From Gemmatales bacterium (lineage in GTDB: Bacteria > Planctomycetota > Planctomycetia > Gemmatales > HRBIN36), in the NCBI GenBank assembly GCA_041640595.1, contig JBEPZY010000001.1, forward strand, positions 608,001-672,000: a DNA stretch of 64,000 bases, given 5' to 3'. Shown here one piece after another: positions 40,525 through 52,194 of this stretch; position 1 is the first letter of the stretch, and every line of letters starts with the position of its first letter. The notes under the pieces were generated by a model that saw only the letters and a program-made list of their open reading frames with translations, was not told the DNA's origin and did no database searches. The position numbers and the translations under genes are program-made.

Positions 40525-41535
40525 CTAGGGCTTTTTGCTTTCCTGGGCCAGTGTATCCATAGTTTCCGTGCGAGTGGTTTGCTTTTGCTCCAGCTCGACC
40601 TCAGCTTTTTGATCGCCGACGCTGATGGTCAGTTTCCCAGTGAGGTTGACAACCATTTCCGAACTATGGGTTCGGCCTTTCTTGCTGTCGAAATAGATCG
40701 TTCCTTTGACTTCCTTGGCTTCCAGGTTGCCACTTTCGATTTTGAAAGGCAGTCCGGTTGCCTGGGCAGCTTCGGGCGGCTTGTATTTGACGCTGGCCTG
40801 CACCTCAATCTTGTCCAGTTCCGCGTCGCCTTTTTTCTCTTTGCCCTGGTAAATGTACTTGTAAAGGGCGTCGTAGGAGCCGAGTGGCCCCATGGTCAGA
40901 CGGGCTTCACGCTCCCAGGCACCGCCAACAGCTACCGGGGAGGGCGGAGTAACCGCAAAAGCTGGCTCAGCCATCTGCTTGAGCTGGTCTTCCGAAAGAA
41001 TCTGACCCAGCAGCTGCGACATGTTGGGGTTGGCGTCTCGCAGCCGCTTCACGAAATCCTCACGCCCTTGCACGTTGACGACGCGGTTAGTTTTCGGATC
41101 GAGCGTAATGGTAAAACTGGCACCGATTAACGGCTTGAAGAAACTCGCCACCGGGTTTTCGGTCTGATCCTTGCTTGCCGAGTTGTAACTGATTTCGTTA
41201 CTGCCTATGCGAATGCGCATGTTGACCGACTCGATTTTTTGCTCCAGTTCCACCTTTTCGGGAGCAGCCGATTTGACCGTCCAGCTGAAAACAAACTCCT
41301 GTTCCTGATCCTGCTTGATTTGCTGGCCCTGGATTTTCAGGGACTGCTCCGTTCGCGTGGTCATTTTCTGGAAGAACTTGTCGCCAGCTTTGAAGCTCCA
41401 TTTCAGCTCGGACGTGCCGGACTTCTCCGGTGGCTTCTGTTCTGCTTTTTCCGGTTTTTTCTCTTGAGCGAGAAGTGGGAGAGCGACCAGGGTCGCACCC
41501 GTCAGCAGCAAGCAGAAAAAGCGTTGCATAGACAT
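40525..41535 (-). CDS. Secreted beta-rich protein (DUF6263-like)
   Basis: RBS GGAGGAGG and a signal peptide; L.W.F..GD, P..PV.VG..W and GTIYFD...GR. Confidence 0.65.
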   Translation of the reverse strand: MSMQRFFCLLLTGATLVALPLLAQEKKPEKAEQKPPEKSGTSELKWSFKAGDKFFQKMTTRTEQSLKIQGQQIKQDQEQEFVFSWTVKSAAPEKVELEQKIESVNMRIRIGSNEISYNSASKDQTENPVASFFKPLIGASFTITLDPKTNRVVNVQGREDFVKRLRDANPNMSQLLGQILSEDQLKQMAEPAFAVTPPSPVAVGGAWEREARLTMGPLGSYDALYKYIYQGKEKKGDAELDKIEVQASVKYKPPEAAQATGLPFKIESGNLEAKEVKGTIYFDSKKGRTHSSEMVVNLTGKLTISVGDQKAEVELEQKQTTRTETMDTLAQESKKP

Positions 41536-41684
41536 ACCTCCTCCAGTCAATAGGCAAGGGGGCGACCAGTAATTCATTCGGCTGCCTCTATTAGTGACTC
41601 GCTGACCATCGTTTCGTTCGCGGAAACCCATTATACTAACTGCACGCGTACCAGCGTAGAGCAGGGCGCAAAAGGAGGACAGCG

Positions 41685-42635
41685 ATGACACTCATAGACA
41701 CCATTCGCGGTTCGCTCCTGGAAGGATTTCTCCCGGCCGGATGGGACCTGGCCAAAATTGACGCGCTGGCAGGCCGACCACCGGAACGCATTACCGAGCG
41801 CGAACGCTGGTGGCATCCCCAGTTTCAGCCGATCGCATGCAGCGACTTTGCCGATTTCGACGTGCGTATGGGGCATGAGATTGCCCGGGTAATTCAGAAA
41901 GCCCGTCAGCAGGGACGACCGATTGTCTTGATCCTGCCGGTGGGGCCAATGGGTATGTATCGCTGGGCCGTGTACTTCCTCCAGGAATGGGAAGTGGATT
42001 GCTCGCACGTGCACGGCTTCAACATGGACGAATGGTCGGACGCTCAGGGCAATACGTTGCCGCCCACCAGTCCAGGAGCGTTTCAACACGCGATGGAGCA
42101 GGCGTTTTACGGTCCGCTGGGTAATCGCACCGTGCCGCCCAAGCAGCGTCATTTCGCCACCAAAACCGAATTGCCGACCTATGCCCAGCAAATCGCGGAC
42201 TTGCGAAAACAGGGCGCCCAGCTGGTGACCGTCTTCGGTATCGGTCGGGTGTGCCACATTGCTTTCTGGGAGCCGCAATTTGCCGCCGAGTTTGCCAGCG
42301 AAGCGGAATGGAAAGCCCAGACGCACCGTCTGGGGGCGAAATTGCATCCGCTCACCGTCGAACAGAATGCCATCCACAGTTTCAAGAGCCGCACGACGCT
42401 GGTTCCGGCCTTCGCCAACACCATCGGCCCAGCTTTATTCCTGGCCGCGGACTGGATCATCGGCGGTGCGGACGGGGCGTTAGGGCGCGGCATGATGTGG
42501 CAGGGAATGTCGCTGTGGATGACCCTCCACCACGAGCCGACTCCCTGGATTCCCAGTTCTTACATGCCGACGTTACCAGGTAAACTGTTCTTCCTGCAAG
42601 AGCTGGCCGGCCCGCTGATTCCCGAGTGCCACTAG
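41685..42635 (+). CDS. Glucosamine-6-phosphate isomerase/deaminase-like (NagB fold) protein
   Basis: LPVGP, FNMDEW and [12 protein letters not shown]. Confidence 0.75.
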   Translation: MTLIDTIRGSLLEGFLPAGWDLAKIDALAGRPPERITERERWWHPQFQPIACSDFADFDVRMGHEIARVIQKARQQGRPIVLILPVGPMGMYRWAVYFLQEWEVDCSHVHGFNMDEWSDAQGNTLPPTSPGAFQHAMEQAFYGPLGNRTVPPKQRHFATKTELPTYAQQIADLRKQGAQLVTVFGIGRVCHIAFWEPQFAAEFASEAEWKAQTHRLGAKLHPLTVEQNAIHSFKSRTTLVPAFANTIGPALFLAADWIIGGADGALGRGMMWQGMSLWMTLHHEPTPWIPSSYMPTLPGKLFFLQELAGPLIPECH

Positions 42636-42837
42636 AAATCGGAAGCCAACCAGGAAGGTTCATCGCCAGCGAGCAACAAAACGGATAGGCTAACCGACGA
42701 TCTTGAATCCTTTCGGCGGACACCGATATGCCGCAGCGTTGGTCGAGCACCAGGATGTCGAAGCAGTGGGCACCGAAGGGGAAGCCGTGCGGCATCGGCA
42801 GGCTGAACACCGCTCCTACCCCGGTAATAATTCGGAA

Positions 42838-43233
42838 CTATCGAGGGGCGATTTCCAAATTCCCGGCAGTAGCTTCTGTCACCGACACTTTCAGAGGCGT
42901 GGTGGAGGCGCTTTGCCACTCTTTCGGAATGCCAGCCGTTTGGTCCTGGTCGTCGAGAACTACTACTTTGTACTGCCCCGGTGCTATCCCCGGGCCCGTC
43001 GGCGGACCCGGAATCTCGAACTCAGCCTTGGGCGGATTGGCCGTGGTGTAGGCTATAATCCCACCCTGGTCATCGCAAAATTGGACTACGACTGGTTTAG
43101 GAAGGTCGCTTGGCAGCACCAATCGTCCACGCACGCCCAGCTTACGAGGTACTTCGCTTGGGCCACCACGTCCACACCCTGCAAGAAACACCCCTATCAA
43201 ACACCAGGAGGCAATCCATATCAGTCTGTGCAT
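42838..43233 (-). CDS. Small lipoprotein of the type usually paired with DUF1559 genes
   Basis: Lipobox LAGC, V.G, PG.YKV.V and IP..W...TTPL.V.V. Confidence 0.75.
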   Translation of the reverse strand: MHRLIWIASWCLIGVFLAGCGRGGPSEVPRKLGVRGRLVLPSDLPKPVVVQFCDDQGGIIAYTTANPPKAEFEIPGPPTGPGIAPGQYKVVVLDDQDQTAGIPKEWQSASTTPLKVSVTEATAGNLEIAPR

Positions 43234-43262
43234 AGTTCCTTCGAGTCCCCCGTTTGAAGGGT

Positions 43263-44258
43263 TTATTCGAGGTTTTGGAGACTGAAAGCCTGTCCGTCAT
43301 CCCGAACACAGGCCTGCCGCAGGACCACCAGGTCAACGGTGTAACGGATTTTGCGAAGGCTTCGGTCCCCCATTACGGCGTTGAATGAGCCAGGATGAGC
43401 CGAGCCGAACAAGCTGCCGTTTACTGGGCACCCGCACCATCCGATGTCAGGGTCTCCCGTAGGAGGGGGACAAGGCCAGTAACCGAAGACGATTTGCGGC
43501 GCCCCTGCCGGGCCATCCTCCCGGGGGTTGACTGTCCACACGCCGCCGATCGTGTCGCCGTCGAAACCATCTACCCATCCGGAATCATCGTTCCACTGGC
43601 TGCCTCCTTGGGCTCGGCTGTCAAGATATTTCTCGGTTACGAGAATCACATTGCTGGTCCCGTCAGGAACTCCGCCATCCAGACTTACTACCCTGTTCTC
43701 CATAGTAGGCCAGCCGGCTGCGTCAGAGGCGATGACCATACCGCTAGCTGCCCACCATCCGTACGGTGGTGTGTAACCGGTTGGCAACCCTGGGTAAACT
43801 CCATTCGTACCGGCGTTGCCGTGATAATCCATTGGTGCACGACTCGTGCCAGAAATGGTTTGTGGTTTTCGCCGAGCTGGGCAAACGTAAAATGGCAGAA
43901 CTGTATTGGCAACCGTTCCATTGTTCGGATTCAGGAACAGGTCATTGAATTCCATGTATGGCAGAATCTGGTATCCCCACCCCCAGTGCTGGTAAGGCCC
44001 CTGAGCAGGTTGACCACTGATGAAATGCCGGTTCGACCAACACGGCCCACCGCCCGTGGGAAAGTGCTTGTAATCGTTGTGAAAGTTGTGGAAGGCCAGC
44101 GAAATCTGCGCCAGATTGTTCCCGCAGCGTATGCGGTTGGCCGCTTCCCGGACACGCTGAATTGCTGGCAGAAGTAAGGCCATCAGCAGCCCGATGATGG
44201 CAATGACTACCAGCAACTCAATGAGCGTAAAGCCGCCACGATGCTCATTCCGAACCAT
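43263..44258 (-). CDS. DUF1559 prepilin-type N-terminal cleavage/methylation protein
   Basis: [46 protein letters not shown] and FGSAHPG. Confidence 0.93.
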   Translation of the reverse strand: MVRNEHRGGFTLIELLVVIAIIGLLMALLLPAIQRVREAANRIRCGNNLAQISLAFHNFHNDYKHFPTGGGPCWSNRHFISGQPAQGPYQHWGWGYQILPYMEFNDLFLNPNNGTVANTVLPFYVCPARRKPQTISGTSRAPMDYHGNAGTNGVYPGLPTGYTPPYGWWAASGMVIASDAAGWPTMENRVVSLDGGVPDGTSNVILVTEKYLDSRAQGGSQWNDDSGWVDGFDGDTIGGVWTVNPREDGPAGAPQIVFGYWPCPPPTGDPDIGWCGCPVNGSLFGSAHPGSFNAVMGDRSLRKIRYTVDLVVLRQACVRDDGQAFSLQNLE

Positions 44259-44917
44259 GGCCGCATCTCCTGTTGAGTCGGGTATATCATGCCTGAAATA
44301 CACCGTGTCAGAGCGTCTGCACCCGGCGCCCACCTTCTTTATTGTCCTTCCCAGCAGGTCGAACGTCAAGCCGAAAAGAAGATTTCCTGAAAGTCGTTTG
44401 ACCCCGATGCATGGCCTGAACGGCGGCGGGGCCGAATTGCGGAAGTTTGTCGGCTAATTGCATCATTCTCGTGCATGGGTAGCTGTTATTTTCGGTCTGG
44501 CATAGCTTGGTGCCGCGCATGGTTCCATGTTATTTGCACTGGCTGCCAGACTCGCGGTTTTTGATTGGGTAACGGGCCTTCTGATGGAGACAACCGGTAG
44601 CTACGAAGATCAGTGAACGCTAAGTTTTGCTTTTGGCAGTGGCATAGTGGATGAAATTAATTCTGCTTCTGCACTCGCTGTGGTTTACGGAGGGGTTGAA
44701 AACGCAGGCGGGGTGTCAGGCTTGTCAGTTTTCGGTGTTTCCAGAGGCTGGATTCCCTGCCTGGCTTCGCGCGCATGGGGGCTGGCCGGAAAAGGTCGAC
44801 GAATACGTCCAACTAGATCCCTTGCTCGGCTTCGCGTGCATGCCTATGCTCAAAATGGTCGCCATTCGACACGCTTAGGAGCATGTGGCCTGTGACTTTT
44901 CCCATGACGAGACAACC

Positions 44918-46312
44918 GTGAACGAAGCCGTGTATCAGCGCTGCATCGAGAACCAGTGCGGCGGAACGCTGGCCGCCGAGGATACGCGCTTTGTCTGCCC
45001 GCGTTGCGGCTCGCTGGTGGATGTAGCTTACGACTGGTCGCGGCTGCCCGTTCCCGATTCGCTTACTTTTTTTGAAAAGCGATGGAGCGAGCGAAATGAT
45101 CCGCTGGCTCTTAGCGGCGTCTGGCGCTTCCGCGAACTGCTGCCGTTTGCCGAATCGCATTGGGTAATGACCATTGGCGAGGGGCAGACCATCCTGCAAC
45201 GTGCCGATGGACTTTGCTCCTACGTGGACATGGAGCGGGGACGGTTGTTTCTGCAATACGAGGGAATGAACCCGTCGGGAAGTTTCAAGGACAACGGGAT
45301 GACGGCGGCGTTTACGCACGCTCGCATGGTCGGAGCCAGGCGTGCTGCCTGCGCTTCTACGGGCAACACCAGCGCTTCGCTAGCGGTGTTTTGTTCAGCG
45401 ACAGGGTTGATGCGAGCAATCATTTTCATCGGCGCTGGCAAAATCGCTTATGGCAAACTGGCCCAGGCACTCGACCACGGCGCCCTGACCATCCAGATAG
45501 CCGGCGATTTCGATGACGCCATGCAGCGCGTGCAGCAGGTCAGCCGACAACTCGGCATTTACCTGGTCAACAGCATCAATCCCTTCCGCCTGGAAGGGCA
45601 GAAGACCATTATGTATCGCGTGCTGGAAGGACTGCGTTGGGAAGTGCCGGACTGGGTTATCGTCCCCGGCGGCAACCTGGGCAACGTCAGCGCTTTCGGC
45701 AAGGCTTTTTATGAACTGCACCAACTGGGTTTGATTCCACGCCTGCCACGTCTGGCAGTGGTGAACGCCAGCGGCGCCAACACACTCTACCAGCTGTACG
45801 AAAAAATGCGAATTCGCTGGAACGACGGCAACTGGCCCAAACAGCAGGTGCAGCAGTTTTTTGCACAAATGCAAGCAGAACACCGCCGGGCTTCCACTAT
45901 CGCCAGTGCTATCGAAATCAATCATCCAGTGAATTTGCCGAAGGCCTTGCGAGCCCTGCAATGGTGTGATGGAGTCGTTTGCGAGGTAACGGACCAGGAA
46001 ATCCTCGATGCCAAAGCACAGGTCGGCAGACACGGTCTGGGTTGCGAGCCGGCCAGTGCAGCCAGTGTGGCCGGTCTAAAATGCCTCCGTCAGCAAGGCG
46101 TGATCGGCAAAGATGAGCGAGTAGTGTGCGTGTTGACTGGACATCAACTCAAAGACCCCACGGCAACGGTCGCCTACCATAGCACCGACCCGCAGTTGTT
46201 CGAGGAAGTGCTGGGGCGGCGCGGTGTGCGGCGTCCGACGTTCGCTAACCGTGCCGTTCAGGTACCCAATGATTTGAACGAAATCATCAAGGCGATTGAA
46301 CTCTATGCCTGA
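44918..46312 (+). CDS. thrC: Threonine synthase with N-terminal zinc ribbon
   Basis: [16 protein letters not shown] (PLP-binding Lys), [27 protein letters not shown] and TGH.LKD. Confidence 0.92.
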   Translation: MNEAVYQRCIENQCGGTLAAEDTRFVCPRCGSLVDVAYDWSRLPVPDSLTFFEKRWSERNDPLALSGVWRFRELLPFAESHWVMTIGEGQTILQRADGLCSYVDMERGRLFLQYEGMNPSGSFKDNGMTAAFTHARMVGARRAACASTGNTSASLAVFCSATGLMRAIIFIGAGKIAYGKLAQALDHGALTIQIAGDFDDAMQRVQQVSRQLGIYLVNSINPFRLEGQKTIMYRVLEGLRWEVPDWVIVPGGNLGNVSAFGKAFYELHQLGLIPRLPRLAVVNASGANTLYQLYEKMRIRWNDGNWPKQQVQQFFAQMQAEHRRASTIASAIEINHPVNLPKALRALQWCDGVVCEVTDQEILDAKAQVGRHGLGCEPASAASVAGLKCLRQQGVIGKDERVVCVLTGHQLKDPTATVAYHSTDPQLFEEVLGRRGVRRPTFANRAVQVPNDLNEIIKAIELYA

Positions 46313-47240
46313 ATCGAGCCTGCCGCAGATAGACCTGTCCGTACAAATCGGAAGCCTGAAGCTTCGCAACCCTATTCTGGTTGCGTCAGGCACATTCGGG
46401 TATGGCCGGGAAATGGCCGGAGCAGTGGACTATTCCCGGCTGGGCGGCCTGATTCCCAAAACGATTACCCTGCACCCCCGTATCGGCAACGCTCCGCCAC
46501 GCAGCGTCGAAACACCGTGCGGCATGCTCAACTCCATCGGTCTGGACAATGATGGCATCGAGCATTTCCTGGCCCATCACCTTCCCTACTTGCGGACCTT
46601 GCCGACCGCCATTATCGTCAACGTCGCAGGAAAATCCGCGGCGGAGTTTGCCCAGCTGGCGGAACGGTTGTCGGCTGAACCAGGTATTGCCGCCATCGAG
46701 CTGAATCTTTCGTGTCCCAACGTGTCCGGCGGACTGGATTTCGCCACGGATGCCCGAATCACTTATGAGGTAGTACGGCAGGTGTGTCAGGTTTCTCGGC
46801 TGCCAGTCTGGGCGAAACTCACGCCCAACGTCACCGACATTGTTCCCATCGCGCACGCGGCTGCCGAGGCCGGAGCGGAAGCCATTTCGCTGGTAAACAC
46901 CTTCGTCGGCATGGCCGTGGATTGGCGAAAGCGGCGACCGATCCTGGGCAATGTCACCGGAGGTCTGAGCGGCCCGGCTATCAAACCGCTCGCCCTCCGT
47001 TTCGTCTGGCAAGCAGCTCGCGCTGTGAATATCCCCGTCATCGGTATCGGCGGTATTACCACCCTGGACGACGTCATGGAGTTTCTCATAGTCGGAGCCA
47101 GCGCCGTCCAGATCGGCACCGCTAACTTCTTCGACCCGACTGTCACCATGCGCATCGCGGATGCGCTCCCGCAGGCTCTGCAAACACTTGGCGCTGATTC
47201 CGTTCGCAGCATTATCGGTACGCTGCAAGTCGCCACGTAA
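46305..47240 (+). CDS. pyrD: Dihydroorotate dehydrogenase, family 1B catalytic subunit
   Basis: [31 protein letters not shown] and [10 protein letters not shown]. Confidence 0.93.
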   Translation: MPESSLPQIDLSVQIGSLKLRNPILVASGTFGYGREMAGAVDYSRLGGLIPKTITLHPRIGNAPPRSVETPCGMLNSIGLDNDGIEHFLAHHLPYLRTLPTAIIVNVAGKSAAEFAQLAERLSAEPGIAAIELNLSCPNVSGGLDFATDARITYEVVRQVCQVSRLPVWAKLTPNVTDIVPIAHAAAEAGAEAISLVNTFVGMAVDWRKRRPILGNVTGGLSGPAIKPLALRFVWQAARAVNIPVIGIGGITTLDDVMEFLIVGASAVQIGTANFFDPTVTMRIADALPQALQTLGADSVRSIIGTLQVAT

Positions 47241-47425
47241 CTGCGTTCGACACGTCTGCCCTGAGCGGGATGTTGCAGCCACTACACGCCGGTGTTGCAC
47301 CTCTGGTTGAACCAGCAAGGATTGCCCAGGCCATTCCCGGCGTCAGGATCGGCTGCTTCTTGGCCACAAATACTCGCAGTTTGGCAAATCATCGCGGGCG
47401 AAACCATACGGCATAACATAACTGC

Positions 47426-48256
47426 ATGAGCGATACACCGGCGACCGAGCAAACCGCTTATCTGGTACTGGACGTGGAAAGCGTTCCTGATGGCAAGCTG
47501 ATCCGCATGTTACGCTACCCGCACGAAGCGATCAGCGATGAGGAAGCCATTGCCCGGTACCAGCAGGAACGGTTGGCGGAGACTGGGCGCGATTTTATTC
47601 CGGTTACCTTCCAGGTGCCGGTGGCGATCTGCGTGGCTCGTGTGGCGCAAGATTGCCGATTGCAGCGACTGACTCGCATCGGGGAACCGGAGTTTCGACA
47701 CACACCAGGAGAACTGGTGCGGCAATTCTGGGCTGGCCTGGAAAAAGTTTTCGCCGAAAGCCAACCGATTCTCGTCACTTTCAACGGCCGCACCTTCGAT
47801 TTGCCCCTCCTGGAGCTGGCGGCTTTCCGCTACGGTGTTGCTGCCCCGCAGTATTTCAGCTCGGATCGGCGAATTCGCAATCGCTTCGGCGACGGGCACC
47901 TCGACCTGTACGAATTGCTCAGCAATTTCGGTGCGGTGCGACTGACCGGCGGATTGGAATTGTTTTCGCACATGCTCGGCAAGCCCGGCAAGTTTCATCT
48001 TTCGGGCGAACAGGTCTATGACTGTTACCGCGCAGGGCGCCTGGCCGAAATCAACGACTACTGCGCCTACGACGTGCTCGACACCTACTTCGTCTTCCTG
48101 CGGACACGTGTGCTGGTGGGCCAGATTACGCTGGAGCAAGAACAGCAACTGGTACGGCAAACGCGAGTCCAGCTGGAACACTGGAGCCGTGAACCGCAAG
48201 GGGCATATCTGCAGCGGTATCTGGGGCACTGGGGCGACTGGCAACCCTGGCCGTGA
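47426..48256 (+). CDS. PolB-related DEDD 3'-5' exonuclease-like protein
   Basis: ExoI-III motifs LDVESVPD, VTFNGRTFDLP and YC..DV; H.DL. Confidence 0.85.
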   Translation: MSDTPATEQTAYLVLDVESVPDGKLIRMLRYPHEAISDEEAIARYQQERLAETGRDFIPVTFQVPVAICVARVAQDCRLQRLTRIGEPEFRHTPGELVRQFWAGLEKVFAESQPILVTFNGRTFDLPLLELAAFRYGVAAPQYFSSDRRIRNRFGDGHLDLYELLSNFGAVRLTGGLELFSHMLGKPGKFHLSGEQVYDCYRAGRLAEINDYCAYDVLDTYFVFLRTRVLVGQITLEQEQQLVRQTRVQLEHWSREPQGAYLQRYLGHWGDWQPWP

Positions 48257-48347
48257 CAATTTTCTCTACCCCAAGCACGCAGGCTTATCCCTGCCGCGGT
48301 CGACTGGCACACTGACCGGAAGAGTTCCGCGGACAAAGGGTCTGGCG

Positions 48348-49061
48348 ATGTGGCTTTGCGATAGGCGACATCGTGAGCCGGAGTGTATGGACGACCCCTT
48401 GCTGGATGCCGATCAGCATCGCCAGGCGTTGCGCGAGCTGGCTCGGTTGAATCGTTGGAGCCTGGCGGCCTGGCATCTGTTTCAGCGATTACGGCATTTG
48501 GCTCAGGAATTGGCAACGGGCTTGCGGATTCTCGATCTGGCCACCGGTGGTGGGGATGTGCCCCTGGTACTGGCCGAATATGCTCGCCGGCATGGTTACG
48601 CCTGGGAGATTGCCGGCTGTGATGTCAGCGCCACCGCCATCGCTTACGCCAACGAACAGGCTAATCGTCGGCAGCTGCCCGTTCGTTTTTTCCTCTGCAA
48701 CGTGCTCCGCGAAGATTGGCCCGAAGACTGGGACGTGGTGATGTGCTCGTTGTTTCTGCACCATTTGAGCGAGGAGGAAACCTTGCAGCTGCTCAAGCGT
48801 ATGGGGCGTTCGGCGAAGCGGTTGGTGCTGGTCAGCGACCTGGAGCGAAGCGCGGTAAACTATGCGCTGGTTTGGACAGCAACTCGGTTACTGTGCCGGT
48901 CGCCGGTTGTTCGCACGGATGGGCCGATCTCTGTGCGTGCGGCGTATAGCATAGCAGAGGTGCTGCGGCTGGCGAAAGCAGCCTGGGGAACGGGCTTTCG
49001 TTTATGGCGTCGGCCACCTGCTCGCTGGCTCCTGCAGTATCGGCGCATGGGGGCGGGATGA
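48348..49061 (+). CDS. SAM methyltransferase associated with the type III PKS
   Basis: R...E.MDDP, L..L.RLN, ILDLATGGGD, SLFLHHL, DL.RS and DG..SV..AY. Confidence 0.88.
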   Translation: MWLCDRRHREPECMDDPLLDADQHRQALRELARLNRWSLAAWHLFQRLRHLAQELATGLRILDLATGGGDVPLVLAEYARRHGYAWEIAGCDVSATAIAYANEQANRRQLPVRFFLCNVLREDWPEDWDVVMCSLFLHHLSEEETLQLLKRMGRSAKRLVLVSDLERSAVNYALVWTATRLLCRSPVVRTDGPISVRAAYSIAEVLRLAKAAWGTGFRLWRRPPARWLLQYRRMGAG

Positions 49062-50206
49062 CTGAGGTCTGGGATGTTATCGTAATTGGCCTGGGACCAG
49101 CGGGGGCCATGACTGCGTACCTGGCCGCGCGAACCGGTCGGCGTGTCTTGGCGGTAGATCGCGCACTGTTCCCACGGGACAAGGTCTGCGGTTGCTGTGT
49201 CAGTCACCGGGCACTGCGTGTGTTGCAAACCTGCGGTCTGAAGCCGAACTGGTCCGCCGTGCCGCTACGTTGCGTCCAACTGCATGCCGGGCGCACCCAC
49301 CTCATTTTGCCGTTACCGGGTGGTCTGGTAATCTCGCGTTGCCAGCTGGATTTCGCCCTGCTGCAACATGCCCAATCGGCTGGGGCGGAAATTCGTACGG
49401 GTTGCGAAGCGCGACTGAGGGAATGTCAGCGGCACGCACGCATCGTTCATTTGCTTGTTCCCAGCCAGCCGCCGCAACAGGTGTTGGCCGACCTCATCGT
49501 TCTCGCAGACGGTCTATCCGGCACCGCAGCCCGCCGCAGCAGGGAATCATACTGGCCAGGTCAGGCACTCCGGCGATTTGGAGCGGCTTGCCATCTCCCG
49601 CCTGAGGATTACTGGCAACCGGGCACAGTCTATCTTGCTTACGCGGACGGAGAATACGTCGGCATCACGCGCCTGGCCGATGGTCAACTACTATTGGCCG
49701 CCGCCTGGCATTACCGATCGGGCAAACTCCGCTCCCTGTCGCAAGGAGCAGCGCAGGTGCTGCGCCGTTGCGGTTTGCCCATACCGCAAGGCTTATGGCA
49801 AGCGGTCTGGAAAGGGACGCCGCCATTCCGTCGGCCAGGCGTATCAGCTGGCGAACGTGTTCTCGCTGTCGGTGATGCCGCCGGTTACATTGAGCCACTC
49901 ACGGGGGAAGGCATCACCTGGGCACTGGAATCGGCGTGGCAACTCGGCCAGCTGCTGACCAGGTATCCCGCATGGTCGCCGGAATTGGCCCAGGCTTGGC
50001 AACAATACCTCACCCAGGAGCTCGCCCGCCGCCAACGCTGGGCGCGATATATCTCGCGCTTGCTCGATCATCCCGGTCTGACACGAGCGGTACTTATGGG
50101 GCTGCGCATGCTGCCGGCCTGTGGGCAATGGTTGATTCGACAACTGCATGACCACGCCGATGCTTTGGCTAGTGCGGATTTTTCAGTCCGACCACGGCCC
50201 TTGTAA
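49058..50206 (+). CDS. FAD-dependent oxidoreductase (geranylgeranyl-reductase/monooxygenase-like)
   Basis: G.GPAG, FPRDKVCG, ADG and VGDAAG..EPLTGEGI. ATGA overlap with the methyltransferase. Confidence 0.88.
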   Translation: MTEVWDVIVIGLGPAGAMTAYLAARTGRRVLAVDRALFPRDKVCGCCVSHRALRVLQTCGLKPNWSAVPLRCVQLHAGRTHLILPLPGGLVISRCQLDFALLQHAQSAGAEIRTGCEARLRECQRHARIVHLLVPSQPPQQVLADLIVLADGLSGTAARRSRESYWPGQALRRFGAACHLPPEDYWQPGTVYLAYADGEYVGITRLADGQLLLAAAWHYRSGKLRSLSQGAAQVLRRCGLPIPQGLWQAVWKGTPPFRRPGVSAGERVLAVGDAAGYIEPLTGEGITWALESAWQLGQLLTRYPAWSPELAQAWQQYLTQELARRQRWARYISRLLDHPGLTRAVLMGLRMLPACGQWLIRQLHDHADALASADFSVRPRPL

Positions 50207-50235
50207 TTCCACTAACGCTTTCACGGAGAAGCCCC

Positions 50236-51390
50236 ATGACCAATGTTGCGATTCTCGGCTGGGGTTGTGCTGTGCCGGAGCATTGCGTCTCGCAACTGCA
50301 AGCTGCCGAATGCCTGCTGGCAGCTGCACCGCCGGTCATTCGCCAGCACGAAGAACGATGGCGACGCATTTTTGAGCATTCCCGGATTCGCAAGCGGCAC
50401 ACCGTGGTCACCCGCGAAACCTTACGACAATGGCAACAGAGCAACCTTAGCGGTGCCGAAAATCCTTTGCCCGTCCGCGGGTCAACCGAAGCACGCGACG
50501 TTATACCTCATGCGACCGACGCCGCACAAAATGGGCGAGCCGGTCCCACAACCGCTCTGCGCATGCGTTTCTACCATGAGTATGCGGCCGAACTGGCGGA
50601 ACCAGCGACACGGCAGGCACTGACGGAATCGGGATGTCCTCCAGAGGCCGTCACCCATCTCATCACCGCTTCGTGCACCGGATTCAGTGCTCCTGGAGTT
50701 GACGTTCAACTCATTCAGCGCTTGGGGTTGCCCGCTGAGGTCGCGCGGTTGCATGTCGGGTACATGGGTTGTCATGCGGCGATCAATGCCTTACGTGCCG
50801 CTCAGGGATTTCTTGCTCATTGCCCGACCGGTCGTGTGCTGCTTTGCTGCGTGGAACTTTGCAGCTTGCACTGGCAATACACAGCCGAGGCAGAAAAGTG
50901 GCTGGGTAACGTCCTGTTCGCTGACGGCGCCGCGGCGTTAGTGTTGGCTAACACTGGCCCACCGGATACGTGGAAACTCACCGCTACCGGCAGCACCCTG
51001 CTCGCCAATACCTACGAACTGATGAGCTGGACCATTGGTGACCAGGGCTTCGAAATGTACGTCTCACCGCAATTGCCGGTTGTGCTACCGAGATATTTAC
51101 GCGACTGGCTCGGCGACTGGCTGCGGCGACACGGCTGGTCAGTGGACCGGATCGGTTCCTGGGCGATTCATCCCGGCGGGCCAAAAATCCTGGAAGCGGT
51201 CGCGGCTGCACTCGAACTTTCCCCTGCCGCTCTCGAAGCCTCCTGGCACATCTTAAGCGAGTACGGCAACATGTCGTCCCCGAGCGTGCTGTTTGTGCTG
51301 GAGCATTTACGGCGACACAACGCGCCGCGGCCAGCGCTGGCACTCGCCTTCGGCCCCGGCCTTACTCTGGAAGTCGCCCTGTTCGAGTGA
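50236..51390 (+). CDS. Type III polyketide synthase
   Basis: SCTG, MGC (Cys), ELCSLH, LFADGAAA, WAIHPGG (His), YGNMSS (Asn) and AFGPGL. Confidence 0.95.
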   Translation: MTNVAILGWGCAVPEHCVSQLQAAECLLAAAPPVIRQHEERWRRIFEHSRIRKRHTVVTRETLRQWQQSNLSGAENPLPVRGSTEARDVIPHATDAAQNGRAGPTTALRMRFYHEYAAELAEPATRQALTESGCPPEAVTHLITASCTGFSAPGVDVQLIQRLGLPAEVARLHVGYMGCHAAINALRAAQGFLAHCPTGRVLLCCVELCSLHWQYTAEAEKWLGNVLFADGAAALVLANTGPPDTWKLTATGSTLLANTYELMSWTIGDQGFEMYVSPQLPVVLPRYLRDWLGDWLRRHGWSVDRIGSWAIHPGGPKILEAVAAALELSPAALEASWHILSEYGNMSSPSVLFVLEHLRRHNAPRPALALAFGPGLTLEVALFE

Positions 51391-51696
51391 AGTCGGCTAA
51401 GCCCTGCCTGTCCACCATCGGGCAATTTGTACGCGCATTACACGGCCTGTCGGTAGCGTATATCCAACCAGTCTGAACGTTGGCACACATGGGCTGGCTA
51501 CCGCTAACTCGACAGGGACGAGCTATCGGTACGGTTAGGCCAACCAACCGGGATGCCACAGGTAATCAACGTTGGCGATTCGCCAGCTCCAACCAGTTAC
51601 CGTTCGCATGGGTGTGAGGAAAACACAGGGGGAAACTGGTTGCTATAACCACGGGGTTCCACAACGTTGTTCGGGGGCAGCTTGCGTTTATCCGAG

Positions 51697-51786
51697 CGGA
51701 GAGGGCGGGATTCGAACCCGCGAGGGGGCTGTAAACCCCCTACCGATTTAGCAAACCGGCGCCTTCGGCCACTCGGCCACCTCTCC
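51697..51786 (-). tRNA. tRNA-Ser(GCT)
   Basis: Reverse complement reads GGAGAGGTGGCCGAGTGG...CCGGT-TTGCTAA-ATCGG, with a long variable arm and GGTTCGAATCC. Confidence 0.95.
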
Positions 51787-51794
51787 GGTACGAG

Positions 51795-51867
51795 TGGACA
51801 GGGCCGGAATCGAACCGGCGACCTAGGCGTTTTCAGCGCCTCGCTCTACCAACTGAGCTACCTGTCC
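51795..51867 (-). tRNA. tRNA-Phe(GAA)
   Basis: Reverse complement reads GGACAGGTAGCTCAGTTGGTAGAGC-G-AGGCG-CTGAAAA-CGCCT...GGTTCGATTCC. It lies 8 bp upstream of tRNA-Ser. Confidence 0.95.
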
Positions 51868-52062
51868 ACTGGCCAGTTACAATCATGGCAGCCGACCATA
51901 TTCTACGTTCGTCTCGCCGATTGCCAAGTCTGAAAGACGTAGAATCTGCCTCAGCCAATCAAGCCAAGCACGGAACGTGACCGACCGGCACAATCAGCCG
52001 CGGCCGTAGCTGCTTCGCTCCTGCTCCCCAATAGATTGTAACCCTGTGCAGTGCGCTTGCCC

Positions 52063-52194
52063 TCATTTGATTTTCGGTGCGGGAAAATGGCAGGTTTTGC
52101 AACGCTTGGCACGAGTCGGGAGCAGTTTGCCGCATTTCGGACAGCGACGTTGTCGCAAAAGTTTCTTGCGTCTGGTTCGAGGACGAGTTTGCAT
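52063..52194 (-). CDS. 43-aa highly basic C4 zinc-ribbon small protein (eL40-like spacing)
   Basis: Manual translation: MQTRPRTRRKKLLRQRRCPKCGKLLPTRAKRCKTCHFPAPKIK. GGAGG lies 10 nt upstream of the ATG. The ORF is shorter than anything in the ORF track. Confidence 0.75.
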   Translation of the reverse strand: MQTRPRTRRKKLLRQRRCPKCGKLLPTRAKRCKTCHFPAPKIK

